From positions 248,001 to 312,000 of IMG/VR virus record IMGVR_UViG_3300029983_000007: 64,000 bases of DNA; one strand, written 5' to 3'. Each line of letters starts with the position of its first letter. Within the stretch, counting starts at the first letter, position 1. A model generated the notes under the pieces. It ran no database searches. It was not told the origin of the DNA and was given only the letters and a program-made list of their open reading frames with translations. The translations under genes and the position numbers were made by a program. Of the stretch, positions 30,067-37,133 are shown one piece after another.

Positions 30067-30377
30067 AATATATAAAAACATTTGAAAAATTAGATAGAAA
30101 AATAAAAAAAGGAGATTATGCTATAATCGATTTTAAAACAACTAATCCTGGAGTTACAGAATTTTTTCAAAATAATATTAGTAAAATTATCGAAGTAAGA
30201 GGAATATGGATTAAATTTGGTTATAAATATGTACCAGAAGAAATCAAGGAATATTTTTATAAATCTAGAGTATATTATATATATCAAATAGAGTTAAACT
30301 TAGAAGATGTTTACTCTTATGCTATCTCAAAAGAAAAATTAGAATTAGAATTATCAACAAAAAAATTCAACATATGA
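30063..30377 (+). CDS. dual-tagged SH3/KOW-like protein
   Basis: KGDYAII; TKKFNI. Confidence 0.85.
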   Translation: MKYIKTFEKLDRKIKKGDYAIIDFKTTNPGVTEFFQNNISKIIEVRGIWIKFGYKYVPEEIKEYFYKSRVYYIYQIELNLEDVYSYAISKEKLELELSTKKFNI

Positions 30378-30952
30378 AATATATAAAAACATTTGAATTA
30401 TCAACTTTTTATGATGAAAAAGATATATTTTGGTATATCCATAATATTAATTTACCTAAAATTAAAGAATTAGTATCTGAAATACCTAATATTAATCTTA
30501 ATATTAAAGATAGTACTGGTGAAACACCTTTGCTTCAGTCAGTTAGGTTTAGTTTATATAACGTGTTTAAATTTTTGATAGAATCAGGAGCAGATGTAAA
30601 TTGTACATGTACTAATGGAGTCACTCCATTGATGATAGCAGCAAGAAATAAAAAAGAAGAATTTGTTCAAGATTTAATAGATGCTCACGCAGATTTGAAT
30701 ATTAAAAATGATGACGGCGAAACTGCATTAATTATGATTTCTAGCTACACAGATAAAAAGGCTTTTAAAATAATTGAAAACTTAATTGAAAGTGGTGCAG
30801 ATTGGAATATATCTGATAATTATAATAATACTTTTTTGATGCATTTACAACCTGCATATATGAAAAAAATAATAGAAAAATATCCAGATAAATATGAAGA
30901 ATTTATTAAAGAATATAATTTTAAAAATGATATAAAAAAATTCAATTTATGA
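30374..30952 (+). CDS. dual-tagged ankyrin-repeat protein
   Basis: GETPL, GVTPLMIAA, GETAL, GADWN. Confidence 0.9.
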   Translation: MKYIKTFELSTFYDEKDIFWYIHNINLPKIKELVSEIPNINLNIKDSTGETPLLQSVRFSLYNVFKFLIESGADVNCTCTNGVTPLMIAARNKKEEFVQDLIDAHADLNIKNDDGETALIMISSYTDKKAFKIIENLIESGADWNISDNYNNTFLMHLQPAYMKKIIEKYPDKYEEFIKEYNFKNDIKKFNL

Positions 30953-31350
30953 AATATATAAAAAAATTTGAAAGTGAAATATCAGATGATGAGAAAGCTA
31001 TTTTGGATAGTCAAAAAGCGGAAGATAATTATCTTAGACAAAGATATAAAGATATGAAGAAATATTTATTTTTTAAAGATAGAACGGGTAATATAGATAA
31101 TGGAACATATTTTATATTAGAAAAAGATAGAATGGAAGCAGTATATGATCACACTAACCTTTTTATTGTGACTAACAAATTATATACATATAATTTGAAC
31201 ACAGATAAATTGAAAAATGAAAAAAGAAAAGATAAGCATTACAATTTAAATAAATATAAACTTGGTTATATAATGACAGATTCAGATAATTTACAGGATT
31301 TATTAGATTATATACCTGCTCTAAAACACACAAATAAATTTAATCTATGA
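30949..31350 (+). CDS. dual-tagged cassette protein
   Basis: MKYIKKFE...TNKFNL. Confidence 0.85.
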   Translation: MKYIKKFESEISDDEKAILDSQKAEDNYLRQRYKDMKKYLFFKDRTGNIDNGTYFILEKDRMEAVYDHTNLFIVTNKLYTYNLNTDKLKNEKRKDKHYNLNKYKLGYIMTDSDNLQDLLDYIPALKHTNKFNL

Positions 31351-31820
31351 AACACATTAAAACGTTTGAAAATGCATTCACTGACATATTTAAAAAAAGG
31401 AAGAAATTACCTCACGAAGTTATTAATTTTGGTGATGTATTAACTAAATTTATAGAGAAAAATATTGATATGGAATGGGATGTTTATTCAAATACATATG
31501 AAAGTAGTAATAAAAAATATTATGATGTTGTAAGAATTTTTATTGACCCACATGATATAGATGATGCTGCTGAAGTTTTGGAATTGCATTATAATTATGA
31601 TAGAAATTCTATTTTATATTGTTACCATCCAATAATGAATTTTATGGAAGATATTAAAGACTATTTAGGAAATATTGTAAAGAATAGTTCTATTGAAGAT
31701 GTTTCATCTGCTGGAGATAATAGATATTGGATACCACTAGATAAATTACCTGAAATAATAAATAAAATAAATAGCTCTGATTTTGATTATTATAAGTCGA
31801 CAAAAAAATTTAACATATGA
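31347..31820 (+). CDS. dual-tagged cassette protein
   Basis: MKHIKTFE...TKKFNI. Confidence 0.85.
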   Translation: MKHIKTFENAFTDIFKKRKKLPHEVINFGDVLTKFIEKNIDMEWDVYSNTYESSNKKYYDVVRIFIDPHDIDDAAEVLELHYNYDRNSILYCYHPIMNFMEDIKDYLGNIVKNSSIEDVSSAGDNRYWIPLDKLPEIINKINSSDFDYYKSTKKFNI

Positions 31821-32194
31821 AATATATAAAAAAATTTGAACGTAAAAAGAATGAATTTTATACAATTAAAAATGAATTAATTAATGCTGTATATCATGGT
31901 AATTATTCTAAAACTAAAAAATTATTAGATTCTGGCTTTGATGTTAATAGTAATATAGATGGAAGAAATTCTGCATTATTATATGCTTCTTATAAAGGAG
32001 AATGGAATATTTTATTTCTAATATTAAAATATAATCCTGATTGGTACATAAAAGATATTTCAAAATATGATTTTATTGACTATATAAATGATCATATAGA
32101 TGGAGATAAAGTAATAGAAAAAATAACAAAAAAATATCCTGTTAAATACAATGAGTATTTAATGATAAAAAAATCAGAAAAATTTAATTTATAA
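31817..32194 (+). CDS. dual-tagged ankyrin-repeat protein
   Basis: LINAVYHGN, GFDVN, SALLYAS; EKFNL. Confidence 0.85.
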   Translation: MKYIKKFERKKNEFYTIKNELINAVYHGNYSKTKKLLDSGFDVNSNIDGRNSALLYASYKGEWNILFLILKYNPDWYIKDISKYDFIDYINDHIDGDKVIEKITKKYPVKYNEYLMIKKSEKFNL

Positions 32195-32196
32195 AT

Positions 32197-32502
32197 ATGA
32201 AAGTAGAAAAATTTAATGAGCATAATTTTACAACATTTGATGATGATATTGTATATGCAGGTAAATCTAAATACCCAGTAGGCACCAAAATTAAATTTAA
32301 AGATGATGGTGAGTATTTAACTGGTACTTTGACACATCCATTTGGTTATGGTGATGTTGGTGTATTCTTAGATGAAAAAGGTAAATATAAATATGATAGG
32401 GTATCACTAAAAAACAATGAATATACAGTAATTGATGATGATGTTGATAAATTCATTAAAGATCACAATTTCAAAAAAGATATAAAAAAATTCAATTTAT
32501 AA
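32197..32502 (+). CDS. dual-tagged SH3-like protein
   Basis: MKVEKFNE; YPVGTKIKF; IKKFNL. Confidence 0.8.
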   Translation: MKVEKFNEHNFTTFDDDIVYAGKSKYPVGTKIKFKDDGEYLTGTLTHPFGYGDVGVFLDEKGKYKYDRVSLKNNEYTVIDDDVDKFIKDHNFKKDIKKFNL

Positions 32503-32548
32503 GTGAAATAGCTTATAACTTATGTTTATAAGTGAAATAGCTTATAAC
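32496..32548. repeat. two direct copies of a 24-bp palindromic unit
   Basis: TTTATAAGTGAAATAGCTTATAAC at 32496 and 32525; arms TTATAAG-N8-CTTATAA. Confidence 0.9.
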
Positions 32549-32549
32549 G

Positions 32550-32591
32550 AAAAAATCCTATCTAATTTTTCAATTAGATAGGATTTTTTTT
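32550..32591. terminator. bidirectional intrinsic terminator
   Basis: aaaaaatcctatctaatt-tttc-aattagataggatttttt. Confidence 0.85.
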
Positions 32592-32597
32592 AATATT

Positions 32598-32716
32598 GCT
32601 TGAGAATACAGCATTATAGAGAAGAACTTTAGAAACTATTATTTTTTTCTCACTAACATTTGAATTAGTATTCTTCTAATACAATCTAAGAAATAATTAA
32701 ACTTCTTTTGTTGTTA
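32598..32716 (-). repeat. degenerate duplicate of the 3' end of the GOLLD-like RNA
   Basis: Collinear with 32934-33070: tgagaa, ttata.agaagaa, tattatt.ttt, cactaa.att, attagta.ttct, cttttgttgtta. Confidence 0.6.
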
Positions 32717-32883
32717 GATAGTTCGGTAAAATGATAAAAAATAATTAAATTCATTAAATTTTAATTAATATTTTACTTTTTTTTCTTCATTCATAGAGGA
32801 TCTAATGGATTTACTCTCCTGAAGCGTTAATTTGGGTGAACTCAACCCTATTTTAATATTTTTTTATTAAAAATAAATAAATG

Positions 32884-32924
32884 AAAAAAAACACTACTTA
32901 ATATTGAATTAAGTAGTGTTTTTA
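32884..32924. terminator. intrinsic terminator downstream of the giant ncRNA
   Basis: aaaaacactacttaat-attga-attaagtagtgttttt. Confidence 0.85.
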
Positions 32925-32933
32925 TTTGTAATA

Positions 32934-33915
32934 GGCTGAGAAATATACCTTATACAGAAGAATCTTAAAAAGTTATTATTGTTTCTACTTTCTTTCCACT
33001 AATATTGGTTTCCCTAACATTAGTAATTCTCAATGACAGTCAATTAGATTAACTAATCCTTTTGTTGTTAATTACTCTCTCAGTACTTATTACCTATCTA
33101 GGTTGCCACCCAAACTCAATCTTGCTACAGATTTAAGGAATTTTTCTGAAAATCATGTCAAACTTGGGGTTCTTCACGGCTACGACGATTTTCATCTCAT
33201 AACTAGTAGTCACCTTTCATCAACAACAGTCGAACACTTTTCCTTTATTTGTTTTATTTTAATTGTGCATTAAATTTGCAATTTAAAGTTTGTTTTGTGG
33301 ATAATGAAAGTAGTGGTTCGACAACCAGCGTCTCCATCTTTTGAACGGAAATATACTAAACTACTCTCTGAGATATCCCTATCTCCATATTTTAAGTCAA
33401 CTAAGATACTCTCATAGCACTTGGTAATGCTAAGGTAACCTTAATAACAGCACCACCTGTACATTGTATTACAATCTAATATTACCTTTCGGTTTTAAGC
33501 TAACTCTCATAATGGACAACGCAATTATACAACTGGAAATCGTATTTCTTGCAATAATCCTTCAGGTTATTCTTATTGATGTTCCCATCTCACTTAGACT
33601 ACCCACATAGCCTTTGCATTAAACCACTTTCTCTACAGTGTTACCCTCGATAATTAAGGTTTAATGATATCCTGATTGTCTGCTCAAACACTAAATAATG
33701 TATTAATAACAAATTAACTAACTATTAACTATTCATATTAATGAGTATGTGAAGAATCTTACCGAAGCAAAATCAATTACACACAAAAAAATGTGTCAAA
33801 TTAATAATTGTTGTATCTGTTGATTAATAAATAATTTAATGTCGCAAATATATAGAAACAACTACATATTCACTTTATCCTACTTTCGTAGTTTATTTAA
33901 TGACTACAGACAGCC
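32934..33915 (-). ncRNA. GOLLD-like giant structured ncRNA (~980 nt)
   Basis: ORF-free, GC-enriched; 5' GGCTG pairs with 3' CAGCC; segments I recognise from GOLLD-type RNAs (GAGGGTAACACTGTAG, GGGAACATCAATAAGAATAAC, AAAACCGAAAGG, GTACAGGTGGTGCTG, GAGTAGTTTAGTA, TCAAAAGA, GAAAGGTGACTAC); terminator follows. Family call is from memory, not a covariance search. Confidence 0.78.
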
Positions 33916-34109
33916 AAATATTTTCAATTTTTACAAAGAACGCTTTTAATAAAAAACAAACATTTAGATTGTAGTAAAAATTTATACTATCACTTCTTAA
34001 CTAAAAGAAGTTAGTTCTAATAAAAGGAATTAACCTTTTAAACTTGTAAATTAACCATTTTCATAGTTATATATACTAATCAATCTAAATGTGTTGTTTC
34101 TTGTTGTTT

Positions 34110-34125
34110 CAAGTACGTTTACTTG
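34110..34125. repeat. CAAGTA-N4-TACTTG palindrome (also 34881, 35191, 36244; imperfect at 35779)
   Basis: Five copies seen in the island. Confidence 0.75.
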
Positions 34126-34251
34126 AAAAATGACACAAATCTATTTCAGTCCATTTTTTTCTTTTCAGAACTTTTTTCAGTGGAACAATAAACATTTGGT
34201 ATGTTCATTATATTTACTGTTATAATATAAATCCTTAAATTTGTATTACAT

Positions 34252-34320
34252 TTGCAACATTTACTTCTGTAATATTAATCGTACACTTTTGCAAGCTTCA
34301 AGTTGGCTTTTGCCTTTGAT
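34252..34320 (-). ncRNA. divergent copy of the 66-nt pseudoknot element
   Basis: Keeps TTGCA/TGCAA; ACTT/AAGT replaces CCTT/AAGG; GGC-AAAA-GCC hairpin. Confidence 0.5.
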
Positions 34321-34350
34321 TATTTTTATTACTTTTTCAATTTCATTAAT

Positions 34351-34416
34351 ATCTAAGTGTGTTTAGTTGCACTATCTCCTTTTGCAAGCTTCAAGGTGGT
34401 TTCTGTACCATTAGAT
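34351..34416 (-). ncRNA. 66-nt structured repeat element, copy 1
   Basis: Closing stem ATCTAA/TTAGAT, hairpin TGGT/ACCA, H-type pseudoknot CCTT/AAGG plus TTGCA/TGCAA. Confidence 0.7.
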
Positions 34417-34433
34417 TTTTCATTGCTTTTACT

Positions 34434-34499
34434 ATCTAAGTGTGTTTAATTGCACTATCTCCTTTTGCAAGCTTCAAGGTGGTTTCTATACCATTAGAT
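34434..34499 (-). ncRNA. 66-nt structured repeat element, copy 2
   Basis: Near-identical to copy 1. Confidence 0.7.
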
Positions 34500-34527
34500 T
34501 TTCAGTTTCATTTACAATTTAGTTTAT

Positions 34528-34596
34528 TTCTACATGTGTTCATTTATAGTTATACACCTATTGCAAGCTTCAAGGTGATTTCTGTATCAACATTTT
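34528..34596 (-). ncRNA. structured repeat element, divergent copy 3
   Basis: TGAT/ATCA compensates TGGT/ACCA; CACCT/AGGTG pairing. Confidence 0.55.
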
Positions 34597-34612
34597 TCAT
34601 TGTATTTGAAAT

Positions 34613-34678
34613 ATATAAGTGTGTTCATTTGCACTATCTCCTTTTGCAAGCTTCAAGGTGGTTTCTATACCATTATAT
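34613..34678 (-). ncRNA. 66-nt structured repeat element, copy 4
   Basis: Closing stem changed compensatorily to ATATAA/TTATAT. Confidence 0.7.
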
Positions 34679-34706
34679 TTCTCATTGTATAAGCAAGATA
34701 ATTAAT

Positions 34707-34773
34707 ATGTAAGTGTGTTCATTTGCACTATCTCCTTTTGCAAGCTTCAAGGTGGTATTTTATACCATTACAT
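34707..34773 (-). ncRNA. 67-nt structured repeat element, copy 5
   Basis: Closing stem changed compensatorily to ATGTAA/TTACAT. Confidence 0.7.
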
Positions 34774-34820
34774 TTTTCATTGCTTCAATCTGAAATTTGA
34801 TTTGTTTCATTATTGTAGTT

Positions 34821-34852
34821 CAAAATTACAAAAAGTTTTTTGTTTTACCAAA
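34821..34852 (-). promoter_or_regulatory. Bacteroidota sigma-A type promoter
   Basis: TTTG-N20-TAATTTTG; points into repeat copies 5 to 1. Confidence 0.8.
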
Positions 34853-35018
34853 TATTTAATGTTAAAGTTTTGAACTTTTTCAAGTACTCTTACTTGAATG
34901 AGTATTAAAAAACCAAGTCATTTATAAGTTCTGTTAGCTTCTCAGCTTAGAAAAATAAACTTTCATTTGTCATATTTATTCTTGTAACTTTACAAATCTG
35001 CGAAATGTATTATTATCA

Positions 35019-35085
35019 ATCTAAGTGTGTTCATTTGCACTATCTCCTTTTGCAAGCTTCAAGGTGGTATTTTATACCATTAGAT
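35019..35085 (-). ncRNA. 67-nt structured repeat element, copy 6
   Basis: About 40 nt downstream of promoter 35129-35160. Confidence 0.7.
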
Positions 35086-35128
35086 TATCTATTAAATCTG
35101 ATATATGTTTTGCTTTTTTATTGTAGTT

Positions 35129-35160
35129 CAAAATTACAAAAAGTTTTTTGTTTTACCAAA
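35129..35160 (-). promoter_or_regulatory. Bacteroidota sigma-A type promoter
   Basis: TTTG-N20-TAATTTTG. Confidence 0.8.
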
Positions 35161-35281
35161 TATTTAATGTTAAAGTTTGAACTATTTTTTCAAGTACTCC
35201 TACTTGTTTTTGTTATGAATAATAATCAAGGAACTTACTTCTTCTGACAAGTCAGTGTTTCAGTGTTAAAATTAATATTCA

Positions 35282-35371
35282 TAGTGAAGATAGATGGAGT
35301 TGAACCCAGTGTCAGTAACACTTGCCTTCTGCACAATTCGAATCGTGCTGCACCCTGTGTGCTTATCTTCA
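35282..35371 (-). tRNA. non-canonical tRNA-like element (class II-like; possible CGA/Ser anticodon)
   Basis: GAAGATA/TATCTTC acceptor, GCAC-ACAGG-GTGC D arm, GCACG..TTCGAAT..TGTGC arm, AGTGT/ACACT variable arm, GGTTCAACTCC T loop; T stem defective; ends ACTA rather than NCCA. Confidence 0.45.
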
Positions 35372-35714
35372 TCATTTTTATAATTTAATCAATAGTCAGT
35401 CCTTGTAGAGAAATAATAGCAGTCAGTCACTGATCATCTGACATTAGGTTCACACATCATCAAAAATTAATTTGATAGGTAATTTCCACGGTGTAGTTAC
35501 TATTTACATTTATAACAAGATAAGTTCTACAGTTCTCATATCTATTTCAATGGACTTTTCATCTTTGATAATTTTCATTATCATTAACTCACCACTATTA
35601 GCATCAAATTCATCTGGTTCATATATATTTTGTTACAAACATATACACTCTGATTTCAGATATTGCTGATATTTCTTGTTTAAATCTGATTTTTTGATTT
35701 AAATTATTGTAGTA

Positions 35715-35746
35715 CAAATATACAAAAAGTTTTTTGTTTTACCAAA
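35715..35746 (-). promoter_or_regulatory. Bacteroidota sigma-A type promoter
   Basis: TTTG-N20-TATATTTG. Confidence 0.75.
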
Positions 35747-35889
35747 TATTTTTTGATATTTTTTCTACATTTTTTACTCAAGTACGTTTACAAGAGTTTT
35801 AAAAAATCAAATCATTTTTCAGTTCTTTTTATCTTCACAGATTAGAAATAACATTTTTTCATTTGTTATATTTACTTCTGTAACATTAA

Positions 35890-35955
35890 ATTTATGTATT
35901 TTCAGTTTCACTATAATCTTGTTCAAGATTAAGGGTGGTTTCCTTACTACTAAAT
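35890..35955 (-). ncRNA. degenerate copy of the 66-nt element
   Basis: Alignable (ttca.tt.cactat, caag, gtggtttc..tac) but the pseudoknot stems are broken. Confidence 0.4.
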
Positions 35956-35968
35956 TGTGATTACTTTA

Positions 35969-36034
35969 ATCTAAGTGTGTTCATTTGCACTATCATTCTC
36001 TTGCAAGCTTTGAGAGGTTTTTATACCATTAGAT
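35969..36034 (-). ncRNA. 66-nt structured repeat element, copy 7
   Basis: Pseudoknot stem changed compensatorily to TCTC/GAGA. Confidence 0.68.
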
Positions 36035-36073
36035 TTTTTTCAATCTGAAATTTGATTTGTTTTTATTGTAGTT

Positions 36074-36105
36074 CAAAATTACAAAAAGTTTTTTGTTTTA
36101 CCAAA
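36074..36105 (-). promoter_or_regulatory. Bacteroidota sigma-A type promoter
   Basis: TTTG-N20-TAATTTTG. Confidence 0.8.
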
Positions 36106-36183
36106 TATTTAATGTTAAAGTTTTGAACTTTTTTTCAATTGAAATTTAATTTTTGTGATTATATTTCTTTTGATATTGTAGTG

Positions 36184-36215
36184 CAAAATTACAAAAAGTT
36201 TTTTGTTTTACCAAA
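36184..36215 (-). promoter_or_regulatory. Bacteroidota sigma-A type promoter
   Basis: TTTG-N20-TAATTTTG. Confidence 0.8.
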
Positions 36216-36284
36216 TATTTAATGTTAAAGTTTTGAACTTTTTCAAGTACTCTTACTTGAAGTTTTTTGTTTTTTATTGTAGTA

Positions 36285-36316
36285 CAAAATTAATAAAAGT
36301 TTTTGATACTACCAAA
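36285..36316 (-). promoter_or_regulatory. Bacteroidota sigma-A type promoter
   Basis: TTTG-N20-TAATTTTG. Confidence 0.75.
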
Positions 36317-36339
36317 TATTTAATGTTAAAGTTTCAGTT

Positions 36340-36678
36340 TTAATATACGCATTCATATCCATCTGAATTCTCAAGTGTTTCAATAATTTCCAATAAAAAA
36401 TCATTAAAGTTTTTACTTGTATAATCTTTTGAAAAGAAATAATGATATTTTTCTAAAATCTCATCTCCTCTATTATAAAACAATTTTAATTTTGTTGCAG
36501 TATCTAATGCATCATCTTTTGACATTTCATGAGCCATATCTGCATAGTGCTCATTTTGACAATATTCATTATCTTGAAATTTCGCACCAATTTCTCTACA
36601 TAAAGTTTCAATTAGATGTTCTCTATTTATGCTTGTTATAAACTTAATACCACTTTTTGTAATAATAGTTTTACTCAT
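36340..36678 (-). CDS. hypothetical protein
   Basis: 112 aa; directly under promoter 36704-36735. Confidence 0.75.
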   Translation of the reverse strand: MSKTIITKSGIKFITSINREHLIETLCREIGAKFQDNEYCQNEHYADMAHEMSKDDALDTATKLKLFYNRGDEILEKYHYFFSKDYTSKNFNDFLLEIIETLENSDGYECVY

Positions 36679-36703
36679 ATATTTATGTTTTTAAACTGAA
36701 TTA

Positions 36704-36735
36704 CAAAATTACAAAAAGATTTTCATACTACCAAA
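36704..36735 (-). promoter_or_regulatory. Bacteroidota sigma-A type promoter
   Basis: TTTG-N20-TAATTTTG. Confidence 0.75.
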
Positions 36736-36753
36736 CATTCACAAGTTAATTTT

Positions 36754-37098
36754 TCAATTATTTTTAAAATCTTCCAATGTTTTGTAATAACTACACATAT
36801 TTTCAATTGAATAGAAAACTAATATATTATTTTTTATTGCAAATTCAACTTCCTTATCTGCACCACTTGATTCTCCTGGTAATCTCAATATACAATCACA
36901 TACTGGAATCCACTCAAAATCAATTTTAAGCCAATCTTCATATGGTCTAGGATGAGCCATATGCTGAAAATGTGAATATAATGGTGTAAATGGCACAAAA
37001 CCTTTATTCATTAATTCATCTGCTGTGTCCATTTGTATTTTAACATTAACAGCAACATCACCTTTTGTATATGGTGAAGCTATATAAACTTTAATCAT
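36754..37098 (-). CDS. DUF4406/DUF1937-like (nucleoside deoxyribosyltransferase-fold) protein
   Basis: VYIASPY...PFTP...CDCILRLPGESSGADKEV. Confidence 0.8.
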   Translation of the reverse strand: MIKVYIASPYTKGDVAVNVKIQMDTADELMNKGFVPFTPLYSHFQHMAHPRPYEDWLKIDFEWIPVCDCILRLPGESSGADKEVEFAIKNNILVFYSIENMCSYYKTLEDFKNN

Positions 37099-37133
37099 AT
37101 TTTTATTTTATTTTTTAATATATATATGATATA

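Noticed and set aside
32934-33915. rRNA fragment or group I/II intron
   Set aside because: No rRNA universal motifs, no flanking exons, no group II domain V or group I P7 signature seen; it has its own paired ends and terminator.
34351-34416. Known riboswitch or ribozyme (c-di-GMP-II, hammerhead, twister, pistol, HDV-like)
   Set aside because: Only short chance matches (e.g. TAGTGCAA, AAGC); the catalytic or ligand-binding cores are absent by eye. A covariance search is still needed.
34351-34773. CRISPR array
   Set aside because: Repeats are 66-67 bp, the gaps are short (17-28 bp), AT-rich and related to each other, the copies covary like a folded RNA, and there are no cas genes in the window.
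34390-34790. Repeated micro-peptide starting ATGAAAAAT before each element
   Set aside because: Frames differ between copies (MKNLMVQKPP* versus MKNVMV*) and substitutions preserve base pairing, not codons.
34440-35669. ORFs 34440..34712, 35005..35247 and 35472..35669 (+)
   Set aside because: They run through the RNA repeats and promoters against the promoter direction, have no coding signature, and share text only because of the repeats.
35510-35690. Small minus-strand gene (…YEPDEFDANSGELMIMKIIKDEK…)
   Set aside because: Protein-like text, but no clean start and an apparent frameshift at an AT run; at most a remnant, too weak to call.
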